Below, piece by piece: positions 1 to 7,685 of a DNA stretch of 41,348 nt. Source of the stretch: a virus. Location of the stretch: IMG/VR virus record IMGVR_UViG_3300045988_060405, positions 1 through 41,348 of that record; one strand, 5' to 3'. The translations under genes and the position numbers were made by a program. Every line of letters starts with the position of its first letter. Within the stretch, counting starts at the first letter, position 1. A model generated the notes under the pieces. That model saw nothing but the letters and a program-made list of their open reading frames with translations. It ran no database searches and had not been told where the DNA came from.

Positions 1-99
1 CCCCACGCCAGCTCTGCGCCACAGTATGGACAGCATTTATATTCTTTAGCCACACCCATTCCACAGGTGCAATTATATTCTGGTTCTGGCGCTTCCGTC
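1..99. repeat. Terminal overlap; identical to 41250-41348 (circular closure of the contig)
   Basis: Direct comparison of both ends: the 99 nt are identical. Confidence 0.95.
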
Positions 100-152
100 C
101 CCTGTACGAAATAAGCTACAATTTCTGGCACAACTATCTTAATCAATCTCAT
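1..152 (-). CDS. 5' portion of a junction-spanning small zinc-ribbon-like protein (67 aa in total; continues 41249->41198)
   Basis: ATG at 150-152 is preceded by GAGGTGA. The frame stays open to the window edge and continues in frame at the other end. Product MRLIKIVVPEIVAYFVQGTEAPEPEYNCTCG...CCPYCGAELAWGQVKK... Confidence 0.6.
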   Translation of the reverse strand, partial: MRLIKIVVPEIVAYFVQGTEAPEPEYNCTCGMGVAKEYKCCPYCGAELAW

Positions 153-176
153 CCTTCTCACTGCATCACCTCAATC

Positions 177-398
177 TTAATTCTGTGCCTGAATCCAATC
201 CCTGTACCGTTCTGCATCGTGGATAATCGCGTTGAGCACAGGGGTAATCTCTTTCAAAATGTCGGTGTCTTTCTCACGGTACATTTTTAACCTCAGCTCG
301 CAAAGCTGTTCTAATCCTGTCTCGATATCTCTCTCATAATCCAGTTCATCATCGTACAATTGCGCATAATCTTTCATTCTGCACCTCCTAAACGTCAA
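177..398 (-). CDS. Hypothetical early protein (73 aa)
   Basis: ORF track. Acidic, helical-looking product, co-directional and tightly packed in the early operon. Confidence 0.6.
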   Translation of the reverse strand: MTFRRCRMKDYAQLYDDELDYERDIETGLEQLCELRLKMYREKDTDILKEITPVLNAIIHDAERYRDWIQAQN

Positions 399-539
399 TT
401 ATCTATTGATAAACCACAAATTCCGAATCTTCTTGCACTTCTTGCAGTAAAACTCATGAACACTCAAAGCAATGCGAAATCTGGTTCCGTGAAACAATAC
501 AATTCTTTCTGCCATACAAATAGATTCCGGGTAATGCAT
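399..539 (-). CDS. Possible small protein (46 aa from an internal ATG)
   Basis: ATG at 537-539 lies 2 nt after the stop of the upstream LexA-like gene. The longer 70-aa version would overlap that gene. No recognisable domain. Confidence 0.3.
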   Translation of the reverse strand: MHYPESICMAERIVLFHGTRFRIALSVHEFYCKKCKKIRNLWFINR

Positions 540-541
540 TT

Positions 542-793
542 TTAGACACTTACTTTTCCGCATTCTGCATCCCCTTCCCATGTGATCTTTACTCCAGTCA
601 CCGCAATACACCTCGGCTGCCCCGGCACCATTTTAATGATCCCCGCGTCTGCCATCTGCTTGAGATGCAATTGTACACTGCTCGTGCTCTCCAGCCCTAC
701 GCCTTCCCCGATTTCACGTACAGAGGGAGGCCAGCCGTGGGATATGGTGTACTGTACAATGTAATCCCTGATCTGCTCATGACGCTCTTTCAT
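542..793 (-). CDS. LexA N-terminal winged-helix DNA-binding domain protein (83 aa; no cleavage site and no S24 peptidase domain)
   Basis: [35 protein letters not shown]...PGQPRCI matches the LexA_DNA_bind signature (compare B. subtilis [25 protein letters not shown]). The ORF ends about 10 aa after the domain. Confidence 0.8.
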   Translation of the reverse strand: [83 protein letters not shown]

Positions 794-1568
794 GGTCTGC
801 CTTTCCGGCCTCGTGAAGCATCTCAGCTACGGTCTCCGCAAATTTCTTTTTCAGGTCTATATCATTGTCAACAAGTTCTTTACTTTTGATGCTCCGTTTG
901 CTTCTGGTTTTCTCTCTGTACCTTGCCTCTGCCGCCTCGAAGTCAGCACCATTTTTTCGCATCTCCCGCCATACTGCCGCATAGGTTGAGCAGCCGTTTG
1001 TACTCCTGTCTGCTCTCGCCTCAATAAGTGGTTGAATGATCTCCTGTCTTGTCAACGCAAGTTTTGCAGCTTCCGCCGCCTGAGCTTTCTCTTCTCGTAA
1101 TCTGCATTCCTCCTCAAAATTGAAAAGGATTGATTCGAAAAGATTCCTTAACTTCTCGCTCTGTGAAATGGCCTCAAGTGTTGATGGTTTTTTATCCGAT
1201 CTGCCTTTACAGTCTTTTACTTCCTGCGCCAGGCAGACCCCATACTGCCGATCCATCTTAAGATATATTTTCCGCAGCACGGTATTTAACGAATCATTCT
1301 GCTTCGGATATCTCTTCGCCAGTTCAGTACCTCTTTTATTCATGTTCATTTTCCAGATCATGCACGGGTCCGGCTCCCCTTCCTGTTTTCTGACCGGCCC
1401 TGCTGTCTTCTTTTTTTCCGCCGGAGGCTCCGACTCTGTATTTATCATTTCCTGCAGCTCCCGTAATCTGCCGTCAAAGTATGTAATCAATTCCGTTCTG
1501 AGTTCCGCAAATTTGGAATCCATGTATACCCTGTCAACAAAGTTTTCGGGATTATATCTCTTTCCCAT
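777..1568 (-). CDS. Hypothetical early protein (263 aa)
   Basis: ORF track. Start moved to the ATG at 1568 behind GGGAGATGG. Charged, coiled-coil-rich product with no domain recognised. Confidence 0.7.
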   Translation of the reverse strand: MGKRYNPENFVDRVYMDSKFAELRTELITYFDGRLRELQEMINTESEPPAEKKKTAGPVRKQEGEPDPCMIWKMNMNKRGTELAKRYPKQNDSLNTVLRKIYLKMDRQYGVCLAQEVKDCKGRSDKKPSTLEAISQSEKLRNLFESILFNFEEECRLREEKAQAAEAAKLALTRQEIIQPLIEARADRSTNGCSTYAAVWREMRKNGADFEAAEARYREKTRSKRSIKSKELVDNDIDLKKKFAETVAEMLHEAGKADHERAS

Positions 1569-2355
1569 GTTCACCATCTCCCATATTCTGTAGTCCCTGC
1601 ATTACCAGAGCGTCATAATCAACCTCACGCTGTGGGAACTGCTGGAACTGGTTTGTTTTCTGTTTTCCTGTCCTTCCTTTGTCCTTCTGCTCAGCTTCTT
1701 TCACCGCATTTATCACCCATTTGCGGATTGCCAAATAATGACTCTTTGCTTTATAGCCTTTCATCTCGATATACTCATCAAGAAACGTGACTGCTTTTTC
1801 CGCCATCCCCTCGCCGTACTCAGCCTGTAGTTTTCCCTTTTCATCATCTGTTAACATAACATGTTTATATTCGCCATATTTGTGTTTTACTTTAACGTCA
1901 GGTGAGGGTGGAGCGTCAGCGGAAGCCGGTATATTATTATTAATCTTATCTATACTAATCTTATCTAATCTAATCTGAGAAGCCGAAATGGATACAGGCT
2001 GTACACATTCTGTATCCAAAGTGTATACGCCGGTCTCTGTCTGGGTCAAAAGTGCCTTTTCTTCGAGGTGGATTGTCTCCTTGTAGCGGTCCCTCTGGAT
2101 GTAGTTATGGACCCACCAATGTGTGATTACACAAATCCCTTTTTCCATCTGGATTATGTAATTTTTTGCCACCAGAATCTTATAATCATCCTCACTGGCT
2201 CCAATGCTACGCATGATCTTTTTTGCATTGTCAAGGAATCCATCGTCATCCGCCCTCATACCAAGATGGAAGTAAAGCGCCTGGGCTGATTTCGGCATAT
2301 CCAGGAACATATCGCTGTCAATAATTGCCTTTGAGAACATTCTCTTGTTTGCCAT
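1552..2355 (-). CDS. Phage replisome organizer (Phage_rep_org_N plus DnaD/DnaB_2-like C-terminus)
   Basis: N-terminus MFSKAIIDSDMFLDMPKSAQALYFHLGMRADDDGFL...ITHWWVHNYIQRDRYKET is typical of PF09681. The C-terminal KGYKAKSHYLAIRKWV is DnaD-like. Confidence 0.85.
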   Translation of the reverse strand: MANKRMFSKAIIDSDMFLDMPKSAQALYFHLGMRADDDGFLDNAKKIMRSIGASEDDYKILVAKNYIIQMEKGICVITHWWVHNYIQRDRYKETIHLEEKALLTQTETGVYTLDTECVQPVSISASQIRLDKISIDKINNNIPASADAPPSPDVKVKHKYGEYKHVMLTDDEKGKLQAEYGEGMAEKAVTFLDEYIEMKGYKAKSHYLAIRKWVINAVKEAEQKDKGRTGKQKTNQFQQFPQREVDYDALVMQGLQNMGDGEHGKEI

Positions 2356-2357
2356 GT

Positions 2358-2837
2358 CTACACCTCAATTCCTGTTTTTCTGGCGTTCTGTGCCGGGGTA
2401 ACGATCCGCAGGTTGTCTTTCCGGTTGTCCGCCCGATTATGGTTGATATGGTCAATCACAAGCCCATCACCGCGATACTGGCCGACTAACAGCTCATGCA
2501 TTCGCATCATTTTTCCGTTTACCCTGGCCTGTGGGTATCCATCTATTCCGATCGACCATGAATGTTTTGACAGCCGGTCTACATCTTCGGCATCTACGTT
2601 AATTTCATCACCCTTGTGGGTACGTATAACATAGCTATTTGTATCCCTCTTTCCGCGTGTCTCCTGCTCTTCCTTCAAGCAGCCACAGGACTTTACATTC
2701 CCCAGTCTAAGATGCTCTCCTTTGACCAATTTGTCTTTTCCGCAGTTAAGACATTGACACTTCCAGTATCCCTTTCCTGCATATTCCCGAGCCACCAGAA
2801 ACCCAAAATGCATACCGCTTAAATCTATATAACTCAA
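2358..2837 (-). CDS. HNH homing-type endonuclease
   Basis: VIDHINHNRADNRKDNLRIVTPAQNARK is an HNH_3-type motif. Probable TTG start at 2837, 7 nt after AGGAGG; the ORF-track ATG at 2900 has no SD. Confidence 0.8.
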   Translation of the reverse strand: MSYIDLSGMHFGFLVAREYAGKGYWKCQCLNCGKDKLVKGEHLRLGNVKSCGCLKEEQETRGKRDTNSYVIRTHKGDEINVDAEDVDRLSKHSWSIGIDGYPQARVNGKMMRMHELLVGQYRGDGLVIDHINHNRADNRKDNLRIVTPAQNARKTGIEV

Positions 2838-2966
2838 TTGTAATTCCTCCTTTGTTCCCCCGCCGCTAGACGAAAGACGGCGGAGGCAGTACCATGGCAA
2901 TTATTATGTTCGTGACACATTAATTCTTGCCCCCTATCTAAAGGCTCGTTTCAGAGCCGACAAGGC

Positions 2967-3593
2967 TTATTCTTTATATTTGATACCGTATACCTTATAT
3001 TTCTCTGCAAAGCTGTTAAAACCGGTTGTATGAGCCTCTGTATGATGCACACGGCACAGACATATCTTTCGATGATCCGAATCATCAAGCGTCCTGCGAT
3101 CATTTCCCATCCCGATTGCATCAACATGGTGGACTTCTCCCGGCCTTCCGCAGATAGCGCACTTTTTAAGCTTCAGACATGCATACAGGTAATGTCCAAT
3201 ATCATCAGTGCGGTTAAGCGCGAAATCTAATAGCGGTACTCCAGCTTCCAGCGCATAATCCAGTATCGTGTTGATATATTCCCGGGCCGTATCCATAGAG
3301 CAAGATGAGAGCGAAAAGTACTCGCAGCCTGTACGGTAAATATGCAGATACTTAAGCCACTCTTTCATGACTTCCGGCATCTCTCCTGTGAAAGCTGCAA
3401 TGTCGTTAATCGTTGCGTATGCTTTCTTCCGCTGCTCTGCGCTTATGTGCCGTCCATCGTCAAGCCAGACGTTACATGTCCGCATGTGCTTTTCCTCCAG
3501 CGGACCCATAAGGTTTTTACCTGGAATGAACACCTGCAAATACGTCCCTTCCTCTACTGGCTTGTAAGCCGTTATATGTGCAAATTCATACAT
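2967..3593 (-). CDS. Putative HNHc-type nuclease (HNHc_6-like), recombination module
   Basis: C-terminal CAICGRPGEVHHVDAIGMGNDRR...CLCRVHHTEAH metal-binding HNH-like motif. Located next to ERF. Confidence 0.7.
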   Translation of the reverse strand: MYEFAHITAYKPVEEGTYLQVFIPGKNLMGPLEEKHMRTCNVWLDDGRHISAEQRKKAYATINDIAAFTGEMPEVMKEWLKYLHIYRTGCEYFSLSSCSMDTAREYINTILDYALEAGVPLLDFALNRTDDIGHYLYACLKLKKCAICGRPGEVHHVDAIGMGNDRRTLDDSDHRKICLCRVHHTEAHTTGFNSFAEKYKVYGIKYKE

Positions 3594-3605
3594 GCCATCA
3601 CCCCA

Positions 3606-4253
3606 CTAATTAAACGGTAATCCATTATCATCTGGCGGCGATAATTGTTTCATTTCATCGTCTGAGACTGGAGGTGGTATCTTCTCTTTATCCGGCTTCG
3701 ATTTAAGCACCTTTACAGCTTCGCTATACTGGTCAGCCTCCATCTCCTCCAGAGTCTTAAGACCATAGTTCTTTAAAAGCCCCTTTATTCCAACGCCTGT
3801 TCTTTTCAGCTCCTCTATAATTTCGTTTCGCTGGTCCTCATTGATTTTCCCGTTGGAGTCAGCATCTTTGTTATCATCGATACAGAACAGGCCATTAAGC
3901 GCATATTTTCGGGCGTAACTGCTTGTACTTCCAGTTATTTGAGAAGCGTCCATGCCCTTCTTTTCTTCCTCTTCCCGTGCATATGCCTTATTGGTAATTT
4001 CGGCCCCGGTCTCGCAATCAACAAATTTTGCAATGCCCTTAACATAATACCGGTCCCCTATCTGCTCTATCTCATCGTTGAGGAAAAGCACAGCATTCAC
4101 AGATTTTAAAAGCGGTTTTACGGCCTCCTGTATGTCCTCGCAGTTACGATAATAATATTTCCCAAAGAGATTATACTGGCTTTTCGGTACTTTGAGTTCC
4201 TGCTGTACTTTCAGCAACTTCTCATACACATTCATTACACGGCTATCGCCCAT
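3606..4253 (-). CDS. erf: ERF-family single-strand annealing protein
   Basis: VYEKLLKVQQELK...YYYRNCEDI...GSTSSYARKYALNGLFCIDD is the conserved ERF core. The start overlaps the upstream stop (TAATG). Confidence 0.85.
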   Translation of the reverse strand: MGDSRVMNVYEKLLKVQQELKVPKSQYNLFGKYYYRNCEDIQEAVKPLLKSVNAVLFLNDEIEQIGDRYYVKGIAKFVDCETGAEITNKAYAREEEEKKGMDASQITGSTSSYARKYALNGLFCIDDNKDADSNGKINEDQRNEIIEELKRTGVGIKGLLKNYGLKTLEEMEADQYSEAVKVLKSKPDKEKIPPPVSDDEMKQLSPPDDNGLPFN

Positions 4254-5149
4254 TACACATCTTTCCTCTCAAAATACAGTCCCAGACTGTTGAGCGCAGT
4301 TTCCAGTTCTTCCAGTTCCGATTCAGTACCGAGAACCGTATATATAACTTTTTTTGCTTCCGGTGCAACCGGCCAGACTCCGGCAAGTGATTCATCAACA
4401 GATTTCAACTCATCTACCGTCTCCCGGCGCGTCTCTTCTCTGATCTGCTGTTCCTGAGCTACCCGCTCACGTTCCTCACGGCGGATTCTCTCGATTTCAA
4501 GATCACGTTTTTTCTCTTCCTCTCTGCGGAGGATTTCGAGACGCTGGGATTCGTAATTGTTGATATATCTAACAGCGTTCGCAAGACTCAGGTCACGCTT
4601 GTACATTTCAAGCGCCTTCGGAACCACTTCGGAATCCATATTTTTAATGGTCGTAACTTCTTCGTATACCTTTCCGATCAGCTCGATCATAGCCTTTTTA
4701 ACTGCCGGTAGCTTTACAGAAGAATTTTCCCATTTTGTATCATAAATTTTCTCGAGGGAAAGATATTCCTGCATCTCCCCGATCACACTGTCATATAATG
4801 CCTGGATATCTTCCTTTCTTTTTGCCACCCTGACAGCCTCCATTTCCTTAAGCTGGCTGTCGATAAGGTTTACTGGCTTGTCCACGATCTCCAGAAGGCC
4901 GTCAACGCGCACTTTAAAAGCATCGTACGGCTTCATCCACTCTGCCTTAACCTGTTTCCGGCTGTCTTCGATCTCTTTTCTCAGCTTCCGCAGATTTGCA
5001 AGTTCGCCTTTTGCTGTAGATTTTGAATCTTCCGTGAAAACGGCGCCTTCGTACTCAGAAAGCTTCTCTTTTAGCCCTTTTTCAAGCTCCTCGAAATTTA
5101 CTTTTATAATTCCGTTTGTCTGTGCGACTTCGAATTTTAATTCTGACAT
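4253..5149 (-). CDS. DUF1351-family phage protein (usual partner of ERF)
   Basis: The N-terminal ELKFEVAQTNGIIKVNFEELEKGLKE...AKGELANLRKL pattern and its position directly upstream of erf. Confidence 0.75.
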   Translation of the reverse strand: MSELKFEVAQTNGIIKVNFEELEKGLKEKLSEYEGAVFTEDSKSTAKGELANLRKLRKEIEDSRKQVKAEWMKPYDAFKVRVDGLLEIVDKPVNLIDSQLKEMEAVRVAKRKEDIQALYDSVIGEMQEYLSLEKIYDTKWENSSVKLPAVKKAMIELIGKVYEEVTTIKNMDSEVVPKALEMYKRDLSLANAVRYINNYESQRLEILRREEEKKRDLEIERIRREERERVAQEQQIREETRRETVDELKSVDESLAGVWPVAPEAKKVIYTVLGTESELEELETALNSLGLYFERKDV

Positions 5150-5433
5150 GATATTAATTCCTCCATATTCATTTCATACTGTTGTCCGTTCAGCCGTATC
5201 CGCTCCGTGATCCTGTGCCGCTGCTCTGCTTTCCGCTGGCACTCGTCACACGTGCGACCTTCTCCGGGATCGAGATAGCAACCACACTGGTCACACTGAT
5301 ATCTCATTTTTCTCACCCTCTTGATTTCTTTCGGCTCGTGTGATATCATGAGCCTGTAAAGTTTTTTCGTATTTGCCGCTGTGAGTTCGCACCTCACGCG
5401 GCTTTTTTCTTCCCTTGCCGTTTCCCCATCCAT
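5137..5433 (-). CDS. Small zinc-ribbon protein (98 aa; alternative 56-aa form starting at 5307)
   Basis: C-terminal MRYQCDQCGCYLDPGEGRTCDECQRK. The ATG at 5307 has a good SD (GAGGGTGAG) and the ATG at 5433 a distant GGAGG. The coding frame between 5310 and 5480 is ambiguous. Confidence 0.45.
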   Translation of the reverse strand: MDGETAREEKSRVRCELTAANTKKLYRLMISHEPKEIKRVRKMRYQCDQCGCYLDPGEGRTCDECQRKAEQRHRITERIRLNGQQYEMNMEELISCQN

Positions 5434-5496
5434 ACGGATTCCAACCTCCGGCCGCTGCCGCTCTGTATGTACCATTTTTACGCTTGCTCAATACCA

Positions 5497-5652
5497 TCAC
5501 CCTCTTACTAGACATAATATAATAGCTACCAGCGCCGCGATCACTACGGCCTCGGCCTGCGCCGCTGTCCGGTAACTTCTCCGGCCCTCGTACGCTTCGT
5601 GAAACATACGGTTCCAGTAGCGGGCGCTGAAGCCTGCAAAATAGTTCCGCAT
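5497..5652 (-). CDS. Possible small membrane protein (51 aa; below the ORF-track cutoff)
   Basis: Hand translation: MRNYFAGFSARYWNRMFHEAYEGRRSYRTAAQAEAVVIAALVAIILCLVRG. GGAAGGGG lies upstream and the C-terminus is hydrophobic. Confidence 0.35.
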   Translation of the reverse strand: MRNYFAGFSARYWNRMFHEAYEGRRSYRTAAQAEAVVIAALVAIILCLVRG

Positions 5653-5657
5653 CGGTA

Positions 5658-6005
5658 TCACCCCTTCCCACCAAAAACAATATCCTTCATGGTTACTTCT
5701 TTCTCAGGCCCTCTTTTCTTTTGCGGCCGGATCATCGATTCAGATTCCGCGCCTGTTCTCTCGGCTTCTGAATCCTCTTTGTAAAACTGGCTCGTCGGTA
5801 TCCTCCAGTCCCCTAACTTCCGCGTGGCCTGTATCCTGCCACTCTTAATATAGTTGAGTACGGTTGACTTCGAGCAATGCATTTTAATCGCTATGGCTTT
5901 CGGGGGAAGAAACTCATCCAGCCCTACGGCTTCCAGGTACGCAACGCGGTCTTTCAACGCTGCATTTTCTTCCTCCAGTCGGTTAAGACGGTCTTCGATT
6001 CCCAC
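5658..6005 (-). CDS. Excisionase-family (HTH_17/MerR-like) DNA-binding protein with an N-terminal coiled coil
   Basis: AIAIKMHCSKSTVLNYIKSGRIQATRKLGDWRIPTSQF. Probable GTG start at 6005, 8 nt after AAGGAGG. Confidence 0.75.
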   Translation of the reverse strand: MGIEDRLNRLEEENAALKDRVAYLEAVGLDEFLPPKAIAIKMHCSKSTVLNYIKSGRIQATRKLGDWRIPTSQFYKEDSEAERTGAESESMIRPQKKRGPEKEVTMKDIVFGGKG

Positions 6006-6025
6006 GGTTATCACCTCCTTACATC

Positions 6026-6054
6026 TTGTATAATTTTCCTTCTCCCTCTATAAT
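6026..6054 (+). promoter_or_regulatory. Sigma70-type promoter for the plus-strand gene at 6103
   Basis: TTGTAT (6026-6031), 17-nt spacer, TATAAT (6049-6054). Confidence 0.55.
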
Positions 6055-6102
6055 GTAAATATCAGCACTGCCATGCTGAAATACTAAAGAAAGGAGATTT
6101 CT

Positions 6103-6312
6103 ATGGAAGTCAATTTATCTAATACAGATGCTCTTTTCATTTACGGACATTTTCGTAAAGAGGCCCACAAACTTGAAGCACTAAAAGCTATGCCAGATTG
6201 TCCAATCTCAAAAGAAAATCTGGATCAGGATATTCAGCTCTACAATTCTATTGCCGACAAATTCCGTGATGCATATCCTGAGCTATCTGGTCTCGACAAT
6301 TACAGAATCTAA
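6103..6312 (+). CDS. Hypothetical protein (69 aa) encoded opposite to the early operon
   Basis: Strong SD (AAAGGAGA) 8 nt upstream of the ATG. It has its own promoter and terminator. Confidence 0.7.
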   Translation: MEVNLSNTDALFIYGHFRKEAHKLEALKAMPDCPISKENLDQDIQLYNSIADKFRDAYPELSGLDNYRI

Positions 6313-6313
6313 T

Positions 6314-6484
6314 TTAAGAAGCCTTGGATGCTTCAGCCTCCAGGGCTTCTTTCATTTTTCTAATAAGCATATCTGTAGATTCATATTTTTCAATTTTAAC
6401 AACGTAAGTCATGCCTTGATGCTTAACCGCTTTCACGTAATCGTGTTTCTTACAGTTCAAAAGCCAAATAAATATTTTCCACAT
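6314..6484 (-). CDS. Small early protein (56 aa; below the ORF-track cutoff)
   Basis: Hand translation: MWKIFIWLLNCKKHDYVKAVKHQGMTYVVKIEKYESTDMLIRKMKEALEAEASKAS. GGAGGTGAGAGAG lies immediately upstream of the ATG. Confidence 0.55.
   Translation of the reverse strand: MWKIFIWLLNCKKHDYVKAVKHQGMTYVVKIEKYESTDMLIRKMKEALEAEASKAS
6318..6359 (+). terminator. Intrinsic terminator of the 6103 gene, embedded in the 3' end of the convergent minus-strand ORF
   Basis: GAAGCCTTGGA...TCCAGGGCTTC stem (one mismatch) followed by TTTCATTTTTC. Confidence 0.6.
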
Positions 6485-6518
6485 CTCTCTCACCTCCTAT
6501 TAAATTTTCAACGTGCGC

Positions 6519-6695
6519 TTATCTGTCTGTTTTTCTACTGCTACATCGTTTCTTCTTATGAGCATTCTGACTAGCAAGCAATATGTTTCCATTCATAAGC
6601 CATAAGTTCCGGTTAGTATCCTGAAGACTCTTATAAATTTCTGCTATAGCCTTTAATTCTTTCTCTTCTACTGGAATGTTTTTTAAGTCTACCAT
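6519..6695 (-). CDS. First gene of the leftward early operon (58 aa)
   Basis: ATG at 6695 behind GAGGTGAAAGA. The ORF-track start at 6743 would overlap the promoter. Confidence 0.6.
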   Translation of the reverse strand: MVDLKNIPVEEKELKAIAEIYKSLQDTNRNLWLMNGNILLASQNAHKKKRCSSRKTDR

Positions 6696-6729
6696 GTCTT
6701 TCACCTCGCTTTCTTGTTCATCTGCCACT

Positions 6730-6758
6730 ATTATACGTCGCATTTAGTCATTAGTCAA
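6730..6758 (-). promoter_or_regulatory. Leftward early (lytic) promoter
   Basis: On the minus strand: TTGACT (6753-6758), 17 nt, TATAAT (6730-6735). Confidence 0.7.
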
Positions 6759-6791
6759 GAACTTTTTTGTTCATATGAGACTTTTTGTTGA
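6758..6791. promoter_or_regulatory. Operator-like repeats between the divergent promoters
   Basis: AGAACTTTTTTGTTCA (GAAC-N6-GTTC dyad, 6759-6772) and a second GAGACTTTTTGTTGA copy that overlaps the -35 of the repressor promoter. Confidence 0.4.
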
Positions 6792-6816
6792 CAATGCCAC
6801 ATTTTCATACTATAAT
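6788..6816 (+). promoter_or_regulatory. Repressor-gene promoter
   Basis: TTGACA (6788-6793), 17 nt, TATAAT (6811-6816): perfect consensus. Confidence 0.75.
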
Positions 6817-6842
6817 TGAATAAGAAAGCGAGGTGAAAAACT

Positions 6843-7229
6843 ATGATGGGTAAGCAATTGAAAATGCTCAGAAAAACGTTGGATTTAACACAGCAGGAAT
6901 TTGCTGATCGAATAGGGATAAAGAGAAACACGGTTGCTTCATATGAGACGAAAGACGACAGGGAACCAGTTGGTGCGGTTGTATCATTAATATGTAGAGA
7001 ATTTAGTGTTAATGAGGAATGGCTTCGAACTGGAGAAGGTGATATGTTTATAACACCACCAAAAAACGACCTTATCGCTAAGGCCGCTGTATTATTAGGT
7101 CAGAAGGATCCAGTTTTCGAAGCATTCGTTGATACATATAGCAAACTGGACCCTGCTAACCGTAAAGTTTTAATAGAATGGGGGCTTGATTTTCTTAACA
7201 ATTTGAAGCAGCGTTCTGAGGACATTTAA
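6843..7229 (+). CDS. XRE-family HTH repressor (cI-like; no S24 peptidase domain)
   Basis: LKMLRKTLDLTQQEFADRIGIKRNTVASYETK is a classic HTH_3 sequence. The protein is 128 aa with no Ser/Lys autocleavage domain. SD GAGGTGAAAAA. Confidence 0.85.
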   Translation: MMGKQLKMLRKTLDLTQQEFADRIGIKRNTVASYETKDDREPVGAVVSLICREFSVNEEWLRTGEGDMFITPPKNDLIAKAAVLLGQKDPVFEAFVDTYSKLDPANRKVLIEWGLDFLNNLKQRSEDI

Positions 7230-7353
7230 TTTTATCCGACCTGCTATTATCTGGATAGGAATTAGCAAAAGTATAGACAGCAAGTATATATTCTATATCA
7301 TCGCTAGCCTCTATACGTTGAATAGTTAGGATTTTTATATCATCAGTTGTCAT
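7195..7353 (-). CDS. Small protein (52 aa), candidate SOS-controlled antirepressor; its 3' end overlaps the repressor gene convergently by 35 nt
   Basis: ATG at 7353 behind GGAAAGGGAGG. It lies downstream of the LexA-box-flanked promoter at 7610-7638. Function is inferred only. Confidence 0.5.
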   Translation of the reverse strand: MTTDDIKILTIQRIEASDDIEYILAVYTFANSYPDNSRSDKIKCPQNAASNC

Positions 7354-7580
7354 AAATATGTACCTCCCTTTCCGAGAATACCAGTAAATTGTATGTACTA
7401 TACATATATTATAACACAAAATTGTTTATTTTGTATATTTTATAGTACAATAGCTATTGGCAAATTCTGGTATTTTCCATTTTTTGCCAGTATTTTTGTT
7501 CAAAAAGCACAATATTCTGAAAATGCCATGCATCAACACCGGGAAAGGAAGTATGACACATTATGTGGGATAGCAGATCA

Positions 7581-7592
7581 GAACATATGTTC
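7581..7592. promoter_or_regulatory. Cheo-type LexA (SOS) box 1
   Basis: cAGAACATATGTTCTg is a perfect GAAC-N4-GTTC palindrome. Confidence 0.75.
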
Positions 7593-7609
7593 TGTTTTGT
7601 TCTATAAAA

Positions 7610-7638
7610 ATTATATTACTATTAGGACTAAAAATCAA
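7610..7638 (-). promoter_or_regulatory. Near-consensus leftward promoter bracketed by the two LexA boxes
   Basis: On the minus strand: TTGATT (7633-7638), 17 nt, TATAAT (7610-7615). Box 2 lies just upstream of the -35 and box 1 at about +11 to +22. Confidence 0.7.
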
Positions 7639-7647
7639 CCCTTTTCA

Positions 7648-7659
7648 GAACATTTGTTC
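7648..7659. promoter_or_regulatory. Cheo-type LexA (SOS) box 2
   Basis: cAGAACATTTGTTCTg, GAAC-N4-GTTC. Confidence 0.75.
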
Positions 7660-7685
7660 TGGTGGATTTCTTACAAATTATTAAA

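Noticed and set aside
5291-5680. 129-aa minus-strand ORF rich in Arg/Gly
   Set aside because: It overlaps three better-supported small ORFs in other frames, has a low-complexity basic product, and has no SD at its first ATG. A shorter TTG-initiated version (about 66 aa) cannot be excluded, so the 5310-5480 frame assignment remains uncertain.
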